A DNA stretch of 64,000 bases from Candidatus Saccharimonadota bacterium. Lineage in GTDB: Bacteria > Patescibacteriota > Saccharimonadia > Saccharimonadales > AWTP1-31. The notes under the pieces are model-generated. The model made no database searches, was not told the DNA's origin, and saw nothing but the letters and a program-made list of their open reading frames with translations. Location: assembly GCA_026395435.1 (NCBI GenBank), contig JAPLYT010000003.1, positions 68,024 through 132,023 of the forward strand, in the 5' to 3' direction. The position numbers and the translations under genes are program-made. Of the stretch, positions 1 through 9,073 are shown piece by piece (the first letter of the stretch is position 1; every line of letters starts with the position of its first letter).

Positions 1-365
1 TTACCATACATGGTGGCCATGTAGTCGGAATAGCTGAGGTCGTGTTTCTTCTTCAAGTAGACGGCCCTAAACCCAAGGCCAGCACCAGAAGATGCAAAAA
101 AATTGCCAATGGATGAAAGCAAAGAAACACGCACGCTTTCATATGAGTCGAGCTGTTTATTGAATGATCCGACAATATATTTAATGAACAATCCGTTACA
201 GATTATGATACCTACGTAGCATAAAAACGAGCCGATGAGCAGCACCAGTTTAATGTCGAGCAAAGGTTTGAAACTTGATTTGTTGAAGATGAAATATACA
301 ATAAAGATAATTACGACGATTATGCCGAGCAGATTCTTCTGATACTTGCCAAATGTTTGTTTCAT
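1..365 (-). CDS. Flippase-like membrane protein (LPG synthase TM / UPF0104-like), truncated by window edge
   Basis: Not in the ORF track. Manual translation from ATG 365 (overlaps the upstream stop, TAATG) gives MKQTFGKYQKNLLGIIVVIIFIVYFIF...SLLSSIGNFFASSGAGLGFRAVYLKKKH. Hydrophobic helices and a G-x-R-x-x-Y-L-K motif fit the family. Confidence 0.7.
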   Translation of the reverse strand, partial: MKQTFGKYQKNLLGIIVVIIFIVYFIFNKSSFKPLLDIKLVLLIGSFLCYVGIIICNGLFIKYIVGSFNKQLDSYESVRVSLLSSIGNFFASSGAGLGFRAVYLKKKHDLSYSDYMATMYG

Positions 366-1483
366 TACTTTTTAATTTCAGTAAGTTGATCGTAGTACGT
401 ATTGTATTGAGCGGCGATAACGGGCCAACTGAAAGTTTTGATTGAATATTCTCGAGCAGATCTTCCCAATTGGGCTGCTTTTTTTGCATCACCGAGAACC
501 AACGTGATAGCACTAGCGTGCGCTTTTGGACTAGAAGCCGGTACCAATGTGCCATTTTTTCCGTCATGAATCGCATCCACAATTCCTTCAATTCCTGATG
601 CTACAACAGGTACTTCGCACAGTGCAGCTTCTATCAGCACGCGTCCAAATCCTTCCATGTCGCCGGAAACTGATATGTTCGGCATTATGAAGCAATCGGC
701 AGCATTATAAAGATTCTTGAGCAATTCGTCACTCGTCCTTCCGAGGAGATGGACGAAGCCTGATAACCCGGTGTCGTCAATGACTTGCTCAATAGATTCT
801 CTCATTGGTCCGTCACCGCTTATTAAAAGCAATGTGTTCGGCTCTTTTTTAACAACCGATGGCAGTACATTCTGAATAAACCAGGCCAGGCCTTTGCGCT
901 CAACAAGCCTGCCGACTGACAACAAAATTTTAGTGCCGCTGTGGACTCCCGGAATCGATTCCATAACGGACATGCGAGCTTTTTTTGTATCATGCAGAAA
1001 TAACTCATCAGTCACACCAAGAGGAATGACATGAACCTTATCGGCATTTATGCCACGATTGATCACTTCATCTCGAGCTGCACTACTAATGCACAGTATA
1101 GCGTCTGCGCGGCCGAGAGACTGTTTGACCAGAAATTGAAAAAGCGGGTTTTTGAAGGTGATATCAAGCCCGTGAATCACTACAACCATCGGCTTCCTGA
1201 AGATAATCTTGAGTGGAAAAGCCATGATCGAAACAACTCCGTCTTGAGCATGAATAACGTCAATGCTAGAAGTTGCAAGCATCCACGCTGATCGTACAAA
1301 AAAATACGGCAATACAAAAAACAATGCCAATTTACTACCACCCCACTGCAAAAGACTTAATGTATTGCTTTTAGCAAGTTCATCGCTGAGATCTTTAGCG
1401 AAACGCTCCATGCCACCGGTTGCGGGCGGAAAACACCTTGTTATGAATAGAATGGAATGAGATTTGGTAGATAGCTTCGTCAT
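365..1483 (-). CDS. GT4 glycosyltransferase
   Basis: FPPATGGME N-terminus, VGRLVERKG, EGFGRVLIEA (Ex7E motif). Confidence 0.92.
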   Translation of the reverse strand: MTKLSTKSHSILFITRCFPPATGGMERFAKDLSDELAKSNTLSLLQWGGSKLALFFVLPYFFVRSAWMLATSSIDVIHAQDGVVSIMAFPLKIIFRKPMVVVIHGLDITFKNPLFQFLVKQSLGRADAILCISSAARDEVINRGINADKVHVIPLGVTDELFLHDTKKARMSVMESIPGVHSGTKILLSVGRLVERKGLAWFIQNVLPSVVKKEPNTLLLISGDGPMRESIEQVIDDTGLSGFVHLLGRTSDELLKNLYNAADCFIMPNISVSGDMEGFGRVLIEAALCEVPVVASGIEGIVDAIHDGKNGTLVPASSPKAHASAITLVLGDAKKAAQLGRSAREYSIKTFSWPVIAAQYNTYYDQLTEIKK

Positions 1484-1484
1484 G

Positions 1485-1715
1485 TTAAATATTAAAACCT
1501 CTTATTGAAATGGATGATATATCGAGAAGCGGATACGAAAATTTCACACTTGAGCTATTTTGGATATATCCGCGAAGTGCGCAAACGAATCGTACTAAAG
1601 TACGGTGAGTGCGCATAACGAGCGTATGGATTCGAAAGAGCCAAGAGAACGGCGGATAAGTCGTTTTACGGCTTAACAGGCCGTTCGTTGTGAGATTCTT
1701 CGTTAGTTGGGTCAT
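1485..1715 (-). CDS. Hypothetical small basic protein
   Basis: Fills the gap between two co-oriented GT genes with an ATGA overlap; no recognisable motif. Confidence 0.35.
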   Translation of the reverse strand: MTQLTKNLTTNGLLSRKTTYPPFSWLFRIHTLVMRTHRTLVRFVCALRGYIQNSSSVKFSYPLLDISSISIRGFNI

Positions 1716-2683
1716 TTCTTCTCAGGCCATTTTAACGCTTTTAGGTTCTCATAGATTTTTTCTTGGTTATTTAACAGGCGGACTTGCATGTCTGCGAGCA
1801 GCCCAATAGCCCAAACAACAAGGCTCAGCGTGATCATATACACACCCAAGAAACCAACGAACTTGTAAGGGCTAATATCACCGGTGTTTATCCAGTGAAC
1901 TACGGTGAAAATCAAACAAGGTACTGCTACAAGCGCTGGCACAAAACCGAGCCATCCAAAAAACCGTAGGGGTGCAAAGTCTCGGTAGGATCGGAGAATA
2001 TTGATAGCGCTCGTTGCGATGTAGCCCGGAATACTAGTGACTACACGTGATTTTCGTCCCGGAAAATATTTCACGACCACCGGCATAGCCACAATTCTCA
2101 TTCGTTTCATGGCCAACACTTGGAATGATTCTTGGGTATAGGTATGGGTGCCGTTTATATTCAGAGAAATCAAGGCATGCCGATTATACGCTCGAAAACC
2201 ACAGGTCACATCATTAAACGTCTGACCGCTCAATTTGCTCGTAACCCATGCCCCCGCTTTATTACCCCAATATTTCCCGGCTGGCATATTTTTAGGCTGC
2301 TCTGCACGGCCAGTTTCTGGATTCGTAAATCGATCAGCAGCTACAAAATCTGCTTCACCTTCGACGATTAGAGCCACTAATTTCGGAATATCGCTCGGGC
2401 TAAACTGTAAATCGCCATCAATGTTCACTAATATATCCGCATCACGAGCCAAAGCGATATCGATCGCTTCGCGAAATCGGAAGGCAAGCTTCTTGCTCAT
2501 ACCACTTCCGGCCACATGTGCGCCATGTTTTTTAGCAATATCTGAGGTATCATCAGTACTTCCGTCATCAATCACCCATTTCTCGATTTTAGTGACGCCA
2601 GGGATGTTCTTTGGAATTTGATCGAGCAACTGCCCAATCGTCTCAGCCTCATCCTTACAAATAGATACAACAATTAATTTCAT
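1712..2683 (-). CDS. GT2 glycosyltransferase (polyprenol-phosphate glycosyltransferase-like) with two C-terminal TM helices
   Basis: IDDGSTD, DGDLQ (DxD), DVTCGFRAY. Confidence 0.9.
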   Translation of the reverse strand: MKLIVVSICKDEAETIGQLLDQIPKNIPGVTKIEKWVIDDGSTDDTSDIAKKHGAHVAGSGMSKKLAFRFREAIDIALARDADILVNIDGDLQFSPSDIPKLVALIVEGEADFVAADRFTNPETGRAEQPKNMPAGKYWGNKAGAWVTSKLSGQTFNDVTCGFRAYNRHALISLNINGTHTYTQESFQVLAMKRMRIVAMPVVVKYFPGRKSRVVTSIPGYIATSAINILRSYRDFAPLRFFGWLGFVPALVAVPCLIFTVVHWINTGDISPYKFVGFLGVYMITLSLVVWAIGLLADMQVRLLNNQEKIYENLKALKWPEKK

Positions 2684-2793
2684 AGATTCCTCTTCTGTGT
2701 GTTTATATTGTACCAGTAGAAGATGATAACCGCTGTGTCAGTCTACTCCTACCTTCTCTAAGCCACACAAATCCGAATAAGAATGGAGACACC

Positions 2794-3330
2794 ATGAAAA
2801 GCTGGAAAAAAATATCTGAGAAATTATTACTAGAACATCCGAGAATATCAATATACGAAGATGAAGTTGAACTTCCGAATGGCAGAAGGACACAGTACCT
2901 TCGCTTTACCAATAGAGGCGATGCTGCCCAAGTGATTGTCGTTGATGACTCTGGAAAGATTCTCGTGCAGAAAGAGTATAGTTATCCACCCAACGAGTGG
3001 TTATACCAATTCCCTGGAGGAAAAATTGATAATAATGAGTCTCCGGCTGATGGTGCCAAAAGAGAGCTTGCGGAAGAGTCACAATACTCAGCCGATCTTA
3101 CTGAAATTGGATGGTTTTATGTAGATAATAGACGATCAGATTCAAAATTCTATGTATTTATGGCTACAAATATCAAGACAATTTCTACACATAGTTCAGA
3201 CGATGAGGAAGAATTTGAGCATTATTGGCTTACTGAAGAAGAAATAGACCACTTAATCAAAGATGGCGACATTAAAAACTATTCGTTTTTGGCTGCGTGG
3301 GCATTCTATAAAACTCGAAATGTTTTATGA
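2794..3330 (+). CDS. NUDIX hydrolase (ADP-sugar pyrophosphatase-like)
   Basis: Nudix box GGKIDNNESPADGAKRELAEES. Confidence 0.9.
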   Translation: MKSWKKISEKLLLEHPRISIYEDEVELPNGRRTQYLRFTNRGDAAQVIVVDDSGKILVQKEYSYPPNEWLYQFPGGKIDNNESPADGAKRELAEESQYSADLTEIGWFYVDNRRSDSKFYVFMATNIKTISTHSSDDEEEFEHYWLTEEEIDHLIKDGDIKNYSFLAAWAFYKTRNVL

Positions 3331-3768
3331 TTTACGTTCAATAGCTCGTTGCTCTTCTGTCTCGTCGGGGCGAGAATAATCATCTTCCAGTCGCCACGTT
3401 GTACCAATTTCCGGAGTCGAAACTTCAATAATATCGCAATCCGTAATTCCTACTAACCGATGCTTCTGGCCAACTGAAGTAGAGTAGCCCTGCCCCAATT
3501 TCAGCACAGTCTCGGTGAGTTCGCCTTGGTTATTTTCCCAGATTACTTTTGCCGCGCCAGCAATCAAGAACCAGCTTTCCTGCTTGTGATCATGTATCTG
3601 TAATGACAGTCGAGCTCCGGCGTTTATATGAAGAACTTTACCCATATATGGAGCAGAGGCTGGCACCCAATGGATTTCGTATCCCCATGGTTTATCAAAT
3701 CTTTGATCAAAGGACTCCTGCGTGAAATTTTTCGGATCAAAAGACGGTGTCTGTGCGGAGGCGTTCAT
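3325..3768 (-). CDS. Cupin protein, mannose-6-phosphate isomerase (type II C-terminal domain)-like
   Basis: KPWG, RLSLQIHDHKQESW, HRL, IIEVST, RLEDDYSR motifs; lies in the GDP-mannose operon. Confidence 0.8.
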   Translation of the reverse strand: MNASAQTPSFDPKNFTQESFDQRFDKPWGYEIHWVPASAPYMGKVLHINAGARLSLQIHDHKQESWFLIAGAAKVIWENNQGELTETVLKLGQGYSTSVGQKHRLVGITDCDIIEVSTPEIGTTWRLEDDYSRPDETEEQRAIERKS

Positions 3769-4280
3769 TATGTGTTTCCTTTGTGTCTTTTAAAGTGTGT
3801 AGCAGCCAAAGCAATAAAGTCCCGCTGTGATTCCATGGTATGAGTTGGTAAATTATCGTAATCATAAAACGTTCCGATTTTAGGCTCTTCCAAAAGTTCT
3901 ACCCAAAATACTTGGGCTTGTTCGGTACCCCGAGTACTTTGGTGGAGGATATTGTCTACGTAGACTGGTTTACCAGCTTTAGTGTCCTGTAGCTCATCAG
4001 ATATAATCCTATCGAATACGTGTGAAAAATCTTCGGAGGTATCAGTTGGCCTAATTACAGTACCCGGAGTATGGAGCGTATTGGGCCAAATAGAGTCTTT
4101 CGGGCCTCTATCAAGCAGTAGTATCTGAACTTTGCCATCTTTGATGCGAACGGGCACAAATTCGATGATCGAAAGCACTGTCAGTCTAGCTAGCTGAACG
4201 AATAAATCGTACGGCAAAAAGCCGGGTTCATATTTCTTAAGAAGTGTAACGACCTGCCGAAGACTTTGATCTTCATCCAT
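3768..4280 (-). CDS. Degenerate NUDIX-fold protein (GDP-mannose mannosyl hydrolase-like)
   Basis: Likely start MDEDQ at 4280. FLPYDLFVQLARLTVLSIIEFV...LLLDR...HTPGTVIR resembles the Gmm/NudD N-terminus. Confidence 0.5.
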   Translation of the reverse strand: MDEDQSLRQVVTLLKKYEPGFLPYDLFVQLARLTVLSIIEFVPVRIKDGKVQILLLDRGPKDSIWPNTLHTPGTVIRPTDTSEDFSHVFDRIISDELQDTKAGKPVYVDNILHQSTRGTEQAQVFWVELLEEPKIGTFYDYDNLPTHTMESQRDFIALAATHFKRHKGNT

Positions 4281-4285
4281 AAAGA

Positions 4286-5062
4286 CTAAACCACCGCCAA
4301 AATTGCTCGCAGGGCAAGCGCCGTCTGCTGCCAATGCGATACTTCCAAGGAATCAATTCCCATAGCTTTTACCGGGTAATCGTTGCCACCTTCTTGCAGT
4401 CTGTCGCCAAAGAATAAAATTTCATCTTTTGAAATATGAAGAAGTTCCATGAGTTTTTCCATGCCATATGCTTTATCGATACCAGGCTTTGTAATATCGA
4501 TTGAAGTTGCACCACCACTCCGAACTTCAAAATCAGGTAACTTTGCAGCAACGTAGTCACGAAGTTTGAGTTTTTTAGCACCATCCGGATCCCAAGCTTC
4601 TTTGATCTCCACGCCTTCCATACCTAGCTCATCAACGATATCTTGGCCAAGTGCCGAAAAGGTGATCTGACTTCCCCGGTCTTCTACAGTATCGCCGTAC
4701 ACTTTCTTCTCTTTGTAACCAAGCTCGTCGACACCCTCGTTGAGGGCAGTAATAATTTCTTTTTTCTCATCTTCCGTGAAATCTTCAGCATATACTTGAT
4801 CCCATTTTGCATGAGCTAGGTTGTACACAAAGTATTTCGTTCCGCAGGTAGGCATCAAGTGGAGTCGCTCCAATTTAGTGGGATCGGCTTTTAGATTATC
4901 AAGTAGTTGTTTTTGAAATTGCTCGAATCGTCCGCCTGATATGACACATACTTGATAGACTTCGAGGAGTTGATTGAGCACTTCTGCCATCTCGTCGGAT
5001 AATGGTGATTTACTGTCTGCTAGTGTCCCGTCTAAATCAAAAGCAATTACTTTTCTGCTCAT
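4286..5062 (-). CDS. HAD-IIB phosphomannomutase (eukaryotic PMM-like)
   Basis: FDLDGTL, EDRGSQI, SIDITKPGIDKAY, FFGDRLQEGGNDY; adjacent to manC. Confidence 0.8.
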   Translation of the reverse strand: MSRKVIAFDLDGTLADSKSPLSDEMAEVLNQLLEVYQVCVISGGRFEQFQKQLLDNLKADPTKLERLHLMPTCGTKYFVYNLAHAKWDQVYAEDFTEDEKKEIITALNEGVDELGYKEKKVYGDTVEDRGSQITFSALGQDIVDELGMEGVEIKEAWDPDGAKKLKLRDYVAAKLPDFEVRSGGATSIDITKPGIDKAYGMEKLMELLHISKDEILFFGDRLQEGGNDYPVKAMGIDSLEVSHWQQTALALRAILAVV

Positions 5063-5063
5063 A

Positions 5064-6110
5064 TTATTTCTCCTTCAGTTTATTGGCAATTTCTTTAACT
5101 TTTTGTGACTGATCGGTGCGCATAACCAAAACGCCATGCTCGGTATTAACCACCACCACATTGTCCATACCAATGACTGCTACAGGACGATCACAGTCAT
5201 TTCGAACGTACACCTGAGCGCTATCCAGAACGTGTACGTTATCTCCTTTTACCGCATTCCCCGATTGGTCCTGGACACTCACCTTGTGGACATCATCAAA
5301 CGATCCCACATCCATCCAGTCAAATGTGCCTGGCATGACGAGTAGGTCTGGGACTTTTTCCATCAGTGCTGTGTCAATTGCTTCTTTTTCAAAATCAAGA
5401 TAAATCGCATCACGTTCTTGTGGAGTTTTTGCTGCTTTCAATTTTACAATTTGACCCTGCCACATCGGGTCGGCATACGTCTTAATCCGCTCAGCAAAAA
5501 CACTAAATGGCGCTACAAAATAGCCCATATTCCACAGGTACTCTCCGCTTTCAAAATATTTTTTGGCGACTGGGTATTCAGGTTTTTCTTTGAAGCTCTT
5601 TATTTCGTAGGCGATGGTGCTGTCATTAAACGGATCGCCCTTTTGGATATAGCCATATTTTGTATCAGGTTGTGTCGGGTCCATACCAAGTAACGTGACG
5701 CGACCATATTTTTCTGATATCTTTCCAGCTCGCTTGATAGCTTCGGCAAATCCTTTCACATCTCGAATGTGATGGTCGGCATGGATCGATGCAATCGGCT
5801 CATCTTCTCCGTGACGAGCACTTATAAATTGCAGCGCATTCAAAATACACGGCATCGTGTCGCGCCGTGCAGGTTCGATAATTATCTGATCTTCTTTGAG
5901 CTCTGGAAGTTGCTTGATCACATGATCTGAGTGACTTGCTTCGGTAGAAATATAAATTTTATCGACTGATGTTATTCGTTTGGCACGCTCAAACGTATTT
6001 TGTAAAAGCGACTTGTCGCCAATAATCGTTAATAAATGTTTCGGATACTCGGGTGTCGACAAAGGCCACAACCGCGTTCCTGACCCTCCTGCGATAATGA
6101 CTACAATCAT
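5064..6110 (-). CDS. manC: Mannose-1-phosphate guanylyltransferase
   Basis: AGGSGTRLWPLS..PK, EPARRDT, ADH, FKEKP, WNMG, WMDVGS. Confidence 0.93.
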   Translation of the reverse strand: MIVVIIAGGSGTRLWPLSTPEYPKHLLTIIGDKSLLQNTFERAKRITSVDKIYISTEASHSDHVIKQLPELKEDQIIIEPARRDTMPCILNALQFISARHGEDEPIASIHADHHIRDVKGFAEAIKRAGKISEKYGRVTLLGMDPTQPDTKYGYIQKGDPFNDSTIAYEIKSFKEKPEYPVAKKYFESGEYLWNMGYFVAPFSVFAERIKTYADPMWQGQIVKLKAAKTPQERDAIYLDFEKEAIDTALMEKVPDLLVMPGTFDWMDVGSFDDVHKVSVQDQSGNAVKGDNVHVLDSAQVYVRNDCDRPVAVIGMDNVVVVNTEHGVLVMRTDQSQKVKEIANKLKEK

Positions 6111-6122
6111 AAGGACATCATA

Positions 6123-7076
6123 TCACTTTCCTACTGTTTTAAAATATTCAATCGTCTCTTTCAACCCTCTATCCAAATCTATACTCGGTTCCCAGTTGAG
6201 TATGGATTTTGCCCGAGAAATATCGGGCTGACGCTGCGTAGGGTCATCTCCTGGCAACGGAAGATACGTTAGATCTGATGTGCTCTTTGTAAGGTCAGTT
6301 ACTTTTTGGGCAAGCTCTAGCATCGTAAATTCTCCAGGATTTCCAAGATTGATCGGGCCTGATTCTTCTGAATTAATAAGCCGTACAATCGCTTCGACTA
6401 AATCAGATACGTAGCAGAAACTACGCGTCTGACTACCATCGCCGTAGATTGTGAGAGATTTATTTTGTAATGCCTGAACGATAAAATTAGAAACCACTCT
6501 ACCGTCGTCAGCATCCATACGTGGTCCGTAGGTATTAAAGAACCGTCCAATACAGGTAGAAACTTCCGGGTAACGATCTCGATATGCGTATATCAATGCT
6601 TCTGCATACCGTTTTGCTTCGTCATACATAGCTCGAGGTCCATAGCAGTTGACGCTCCCTTTGTAGCTTTCAGGTTGTGGATGAATATCCGGGTCACCAT
6701 ACACTTCACTCGTTGACGCATGGAACAACCGTGCCTTGTTTTGTCGTGCGAGTTCTAGCATATTAAACGTTCCCTGCGAGCCAACATGCAATGTTTCGAG
6801 CGACAATCTCTGATAATGAGGTGGGCTGGCGGGTGACGCCATGTTGAGGATAATATCAAATGTTTGATCCGTAATTTCTGACGGCAATGTATCGGTTATG
6901 TCAGCTTCAACAAAGGTGAATTTGTCGTTGTTTTGCAAGTGGGCGATATTCCTTTTCGAACCGGTAGAAAGGTTGTCGACAGCGATAACTGCGAATCCGT
7001 CAGTAAGAAATCTATCTGCTAAATGAGATCCGAGGAATCCTGCACCTCCTGCAATAAGGATGCGAGAGGACTTCAA
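6123..7076 (-). CDS. uxs: UDP-glucuronate decarboxylase (UDP-xylose synthase)
   Basis: GGAGFLGSHL, ASPASPPHY, STSEVYGDP, YDEAKR, NTYGPRM, DGRVVSNF, QTRSFCYV. Confidence 0.92.
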   Translation of the reverse strand: MKSSRILIAGGAGFLGSHLADRFLTDGFAVIAVDNLSTGSKRNIAHLQNNDKFTFVEADITDTLPSEITDQTFDIILNMASPASPPHYQRLSLETLHVGSQGTFNMLELARQNKARLFHASTSEVYGDPDIHPQPESYKGSVNCYGPRAMYDEAKRYAEALIYAYRDRYPEVSTCIGRFFNTYGPRMDADDGRVVSNFIVQALQNKSLTIYGDGSQTRSFCYVSDLVEAIVRLINSEESGPINLGNPGEFTMLELAQKVTDLTKSTSDLTYLPLPGDDPTQRQPDISRAKSILNWEPSIDLDRGLKETIEYFKTVGK

Positions 7077-8389
7077 TTAATAACCTCTCGGCCGATGCTT
7101 TCATAGTGAAAATCTGTCGTTTTCATAGCTTGAGGCCCATACAAATTACGACCGTCGAAAATAACCGCTGCCTTCATGGCTTTTTTCATTGCGGCAAAGT
7201 CAGGTTCACGGAATTCGTTCCACTCAGTAGCGATAATCAAGGCATCAACATCTTTTAATGCATCGTTCGCACTTTTAGCGAACGTGACCGAACTTTGACC
7301 TTGTAATACCTTTGTAACATTTTCTGTCGCTTCAGGATCATAAGCAACGATCGAAGCTCCCTTTTCAGTAAGTATTTTGATAATAGTAAGTGCCGGAGCC
7401 TCACGAATATCATCCGTGTCTGGTTTAAACGCCAAGCCCCATAGCGCAAACGTCTTGCCTTTTATATCATTTTTGAAATATTTGATAATCTTACTCGCGA
7501 GAACCTTCTTTTGGTCTTCATTCACTTTTGTCACAATATCAAGCAATCTGAAATCGTAGCCATGCTGGGCTGCTGTTTGATGCAAGGCAAGTACGTCTTT
7601 CGGAAAGCAGCTGCCTCCATACCCAATGCCAGGATACAGAAATCGTTTTCCAATTCGCTCGTCAGAACCGATACCTTCTCGGACTGCATCAACATTCGCA
7701 CCCAGTATTTCTGAGAGATTCGCAATCTCATTCATGAAAGATATTTTTAATGCCAAGAATGAATTGGCCGCGTACTTTGTCATCTCTGCAGACCGTTCAT
7801 CCATGACCAGGAAAGCGCTTCCTTGAGATACAAACGGAGCATACAGTGCATCCATTATTTTCGATGCTTTATCTGAACTCGTTCCGATCACAATCCGATC
7901 TGGCTTCAAGAAATCATTGACAGCAAAACCTTCACGCAAAAATTCTGGATTCGATACGATATCAAAAGCACTGGTCGCATTCTTAGCCACTCGTTCTCGA
8001 ACAAGGTCTGCAGTTCCGACAGGAACCGTACTTTTATCGATTATGACGGTATACTCTTTGAGCAACGGGCCTAAGGCATCTGCAACGCCAAGAATGTACG
8101 ATAGGTCTGCTGAGCCATCTTCTCCAGGAGGCGTCGGCAGCGCTAAGAAAATACATTGAGAGCCTTCAATCCCTTCAGCAAGATTCGTCGTAAAAGTGAG
8201 ACGCTTATTACCAATATTTCGCTCAAAGATCGTCTCCAAGCCAGGCTCATAAATAGGAATTTCGCCTTTTTTCATGGCATCGACTTTTGCCTGATCGATG
8301 TCTATACACGTGACCTCATTACCCATTTCAGCGAGACAAGTGCCCGTAACCAACCCAACATACCCTGTTCCAACAACTGCTATCTTCAT
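7073..8389 (-). CDS. ugd: UDP-glucose 6-dehydrogenase
   Basis: GTGYVGL, KSTVPVGT, NPEFLREG, GYGGSCFPKD, AFKPDTDDIRE. Confidence 0.95.
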   Translation of the reverse strand: MKIAVVGTGYVGLVTGTCLAEMGNEVTCIDIDQAKVDAMKKGEIPIYEPGLETIFERNIGNKRLTFTTNLAEGIEGSQCIFLALPTPPGEDGSADLSYILGVADALGPLLKEYTVIIDKSTVPVGTADLVRERVAKNATSAFDIVSNPEFLREGFAVNDFLKPDRIVIGTSSDKASKIMDALYAPFVSQGSAFLVMDERSAEMTKYAANSFLALKISFMNEIANLSEILGANVDAVREGIGSDERIGKRFLYPGIGYGGSCFPKDVLALHQTAAQHGYDFRLLDIVTKVNEDQKKVLASKIIKYFKNDIKGKTFALWGLAFKPDTDDIREAPALTIIKILTEKGASIVAYDPEATENVTKVLQGQSSVTFAKSANDALKDVDALIIATEWNEFREPDFAAMKKAMKAAVIFDGRNLYGPQAMKTTDFHYESIGREVIN

Positions 8390-8503
8390 AGTATATGAGT
8401 ATATACTATTCAGAATCAGAACATTGTACTATCGCTTGATTTAACGACTCTTTTAACCTGTTGGACTATTGCCCTACCATAGTTGTTATGGTATTATTCT
8501 GAT

Positions 8504-9073
8504 GTGTATAACTATAAACAAAAAGATCAAAATAAAAAAAGTTCGACTCGTAAGAAATCTATCCTGATTTTGATTGCTCTCGTACTCATTGGTGGTCTTG
8601 TTGGGGGCGGATTATACCTACGAAATCGCAACACTCAAAAGACTTCTGATTCTCCTCGGGTAGCAACGATCAACTATGCTCCAGCTACACCTAATGAAAA
8701 ACAAGAAAGCAATGACGTAAAAGATAAGATAGTTGCCCAGCAAAAAAACAATCCCGCCCCTTCGCCTGGCACAAACCCTCCAAATGAAGGTAAAAAAAGC
8801 GTAACGCCAACAATCACCAACACTAATGGGAGTATTAACGCTTTTGTTTCAGGTGTTTTTGAAGAAGGAGGCGTATGTACGGCCACTTTTACCAAAGGAT
8901 CCAGTACTTTATCTAAAACATCAGTAGGTTTCCAAAATGTGTCCTACACGCAGTGTGCACCCATGGATCTAGGTAGTGGCTTCTTGAGCCCGGGTGTCTG
9001 GAATGTCACCGTTTCTTACGCATCAGCGACAGCAGCTGGAGCTTCTGCGTCGCAAACCATGGAGGTTCAGTAA
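8504..9073 (+). CDS. Single-pass membrane protein with Pro-rich linker and C-terminal beta (Ig-like) domain
   Basis: Basic N-terminus, TM helix and Cys pair. Likely GTG start at 8504, 6 nt after TATTAT, with TTGCCC 17 nt further upstream. Coupled to the next gene (TAATG). Confidence 0.75.
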   Translation: MYNYKQKDQNKKSSTRKKSILILIALVLIGGLVGGGLYLRNRNTQKTSDSPRVATINYAPATPNEKQESNDVKDKIVAQQKNNPAPSPGTNPPNEGKKSVTPTITNTNGSINAFVSGVFEEGGVCTATFTKGSSTLSKTSVGFQNVSYTQCAPMDLGSGFLSPGVWNVTVSYASATAAGASASQTMEVQ

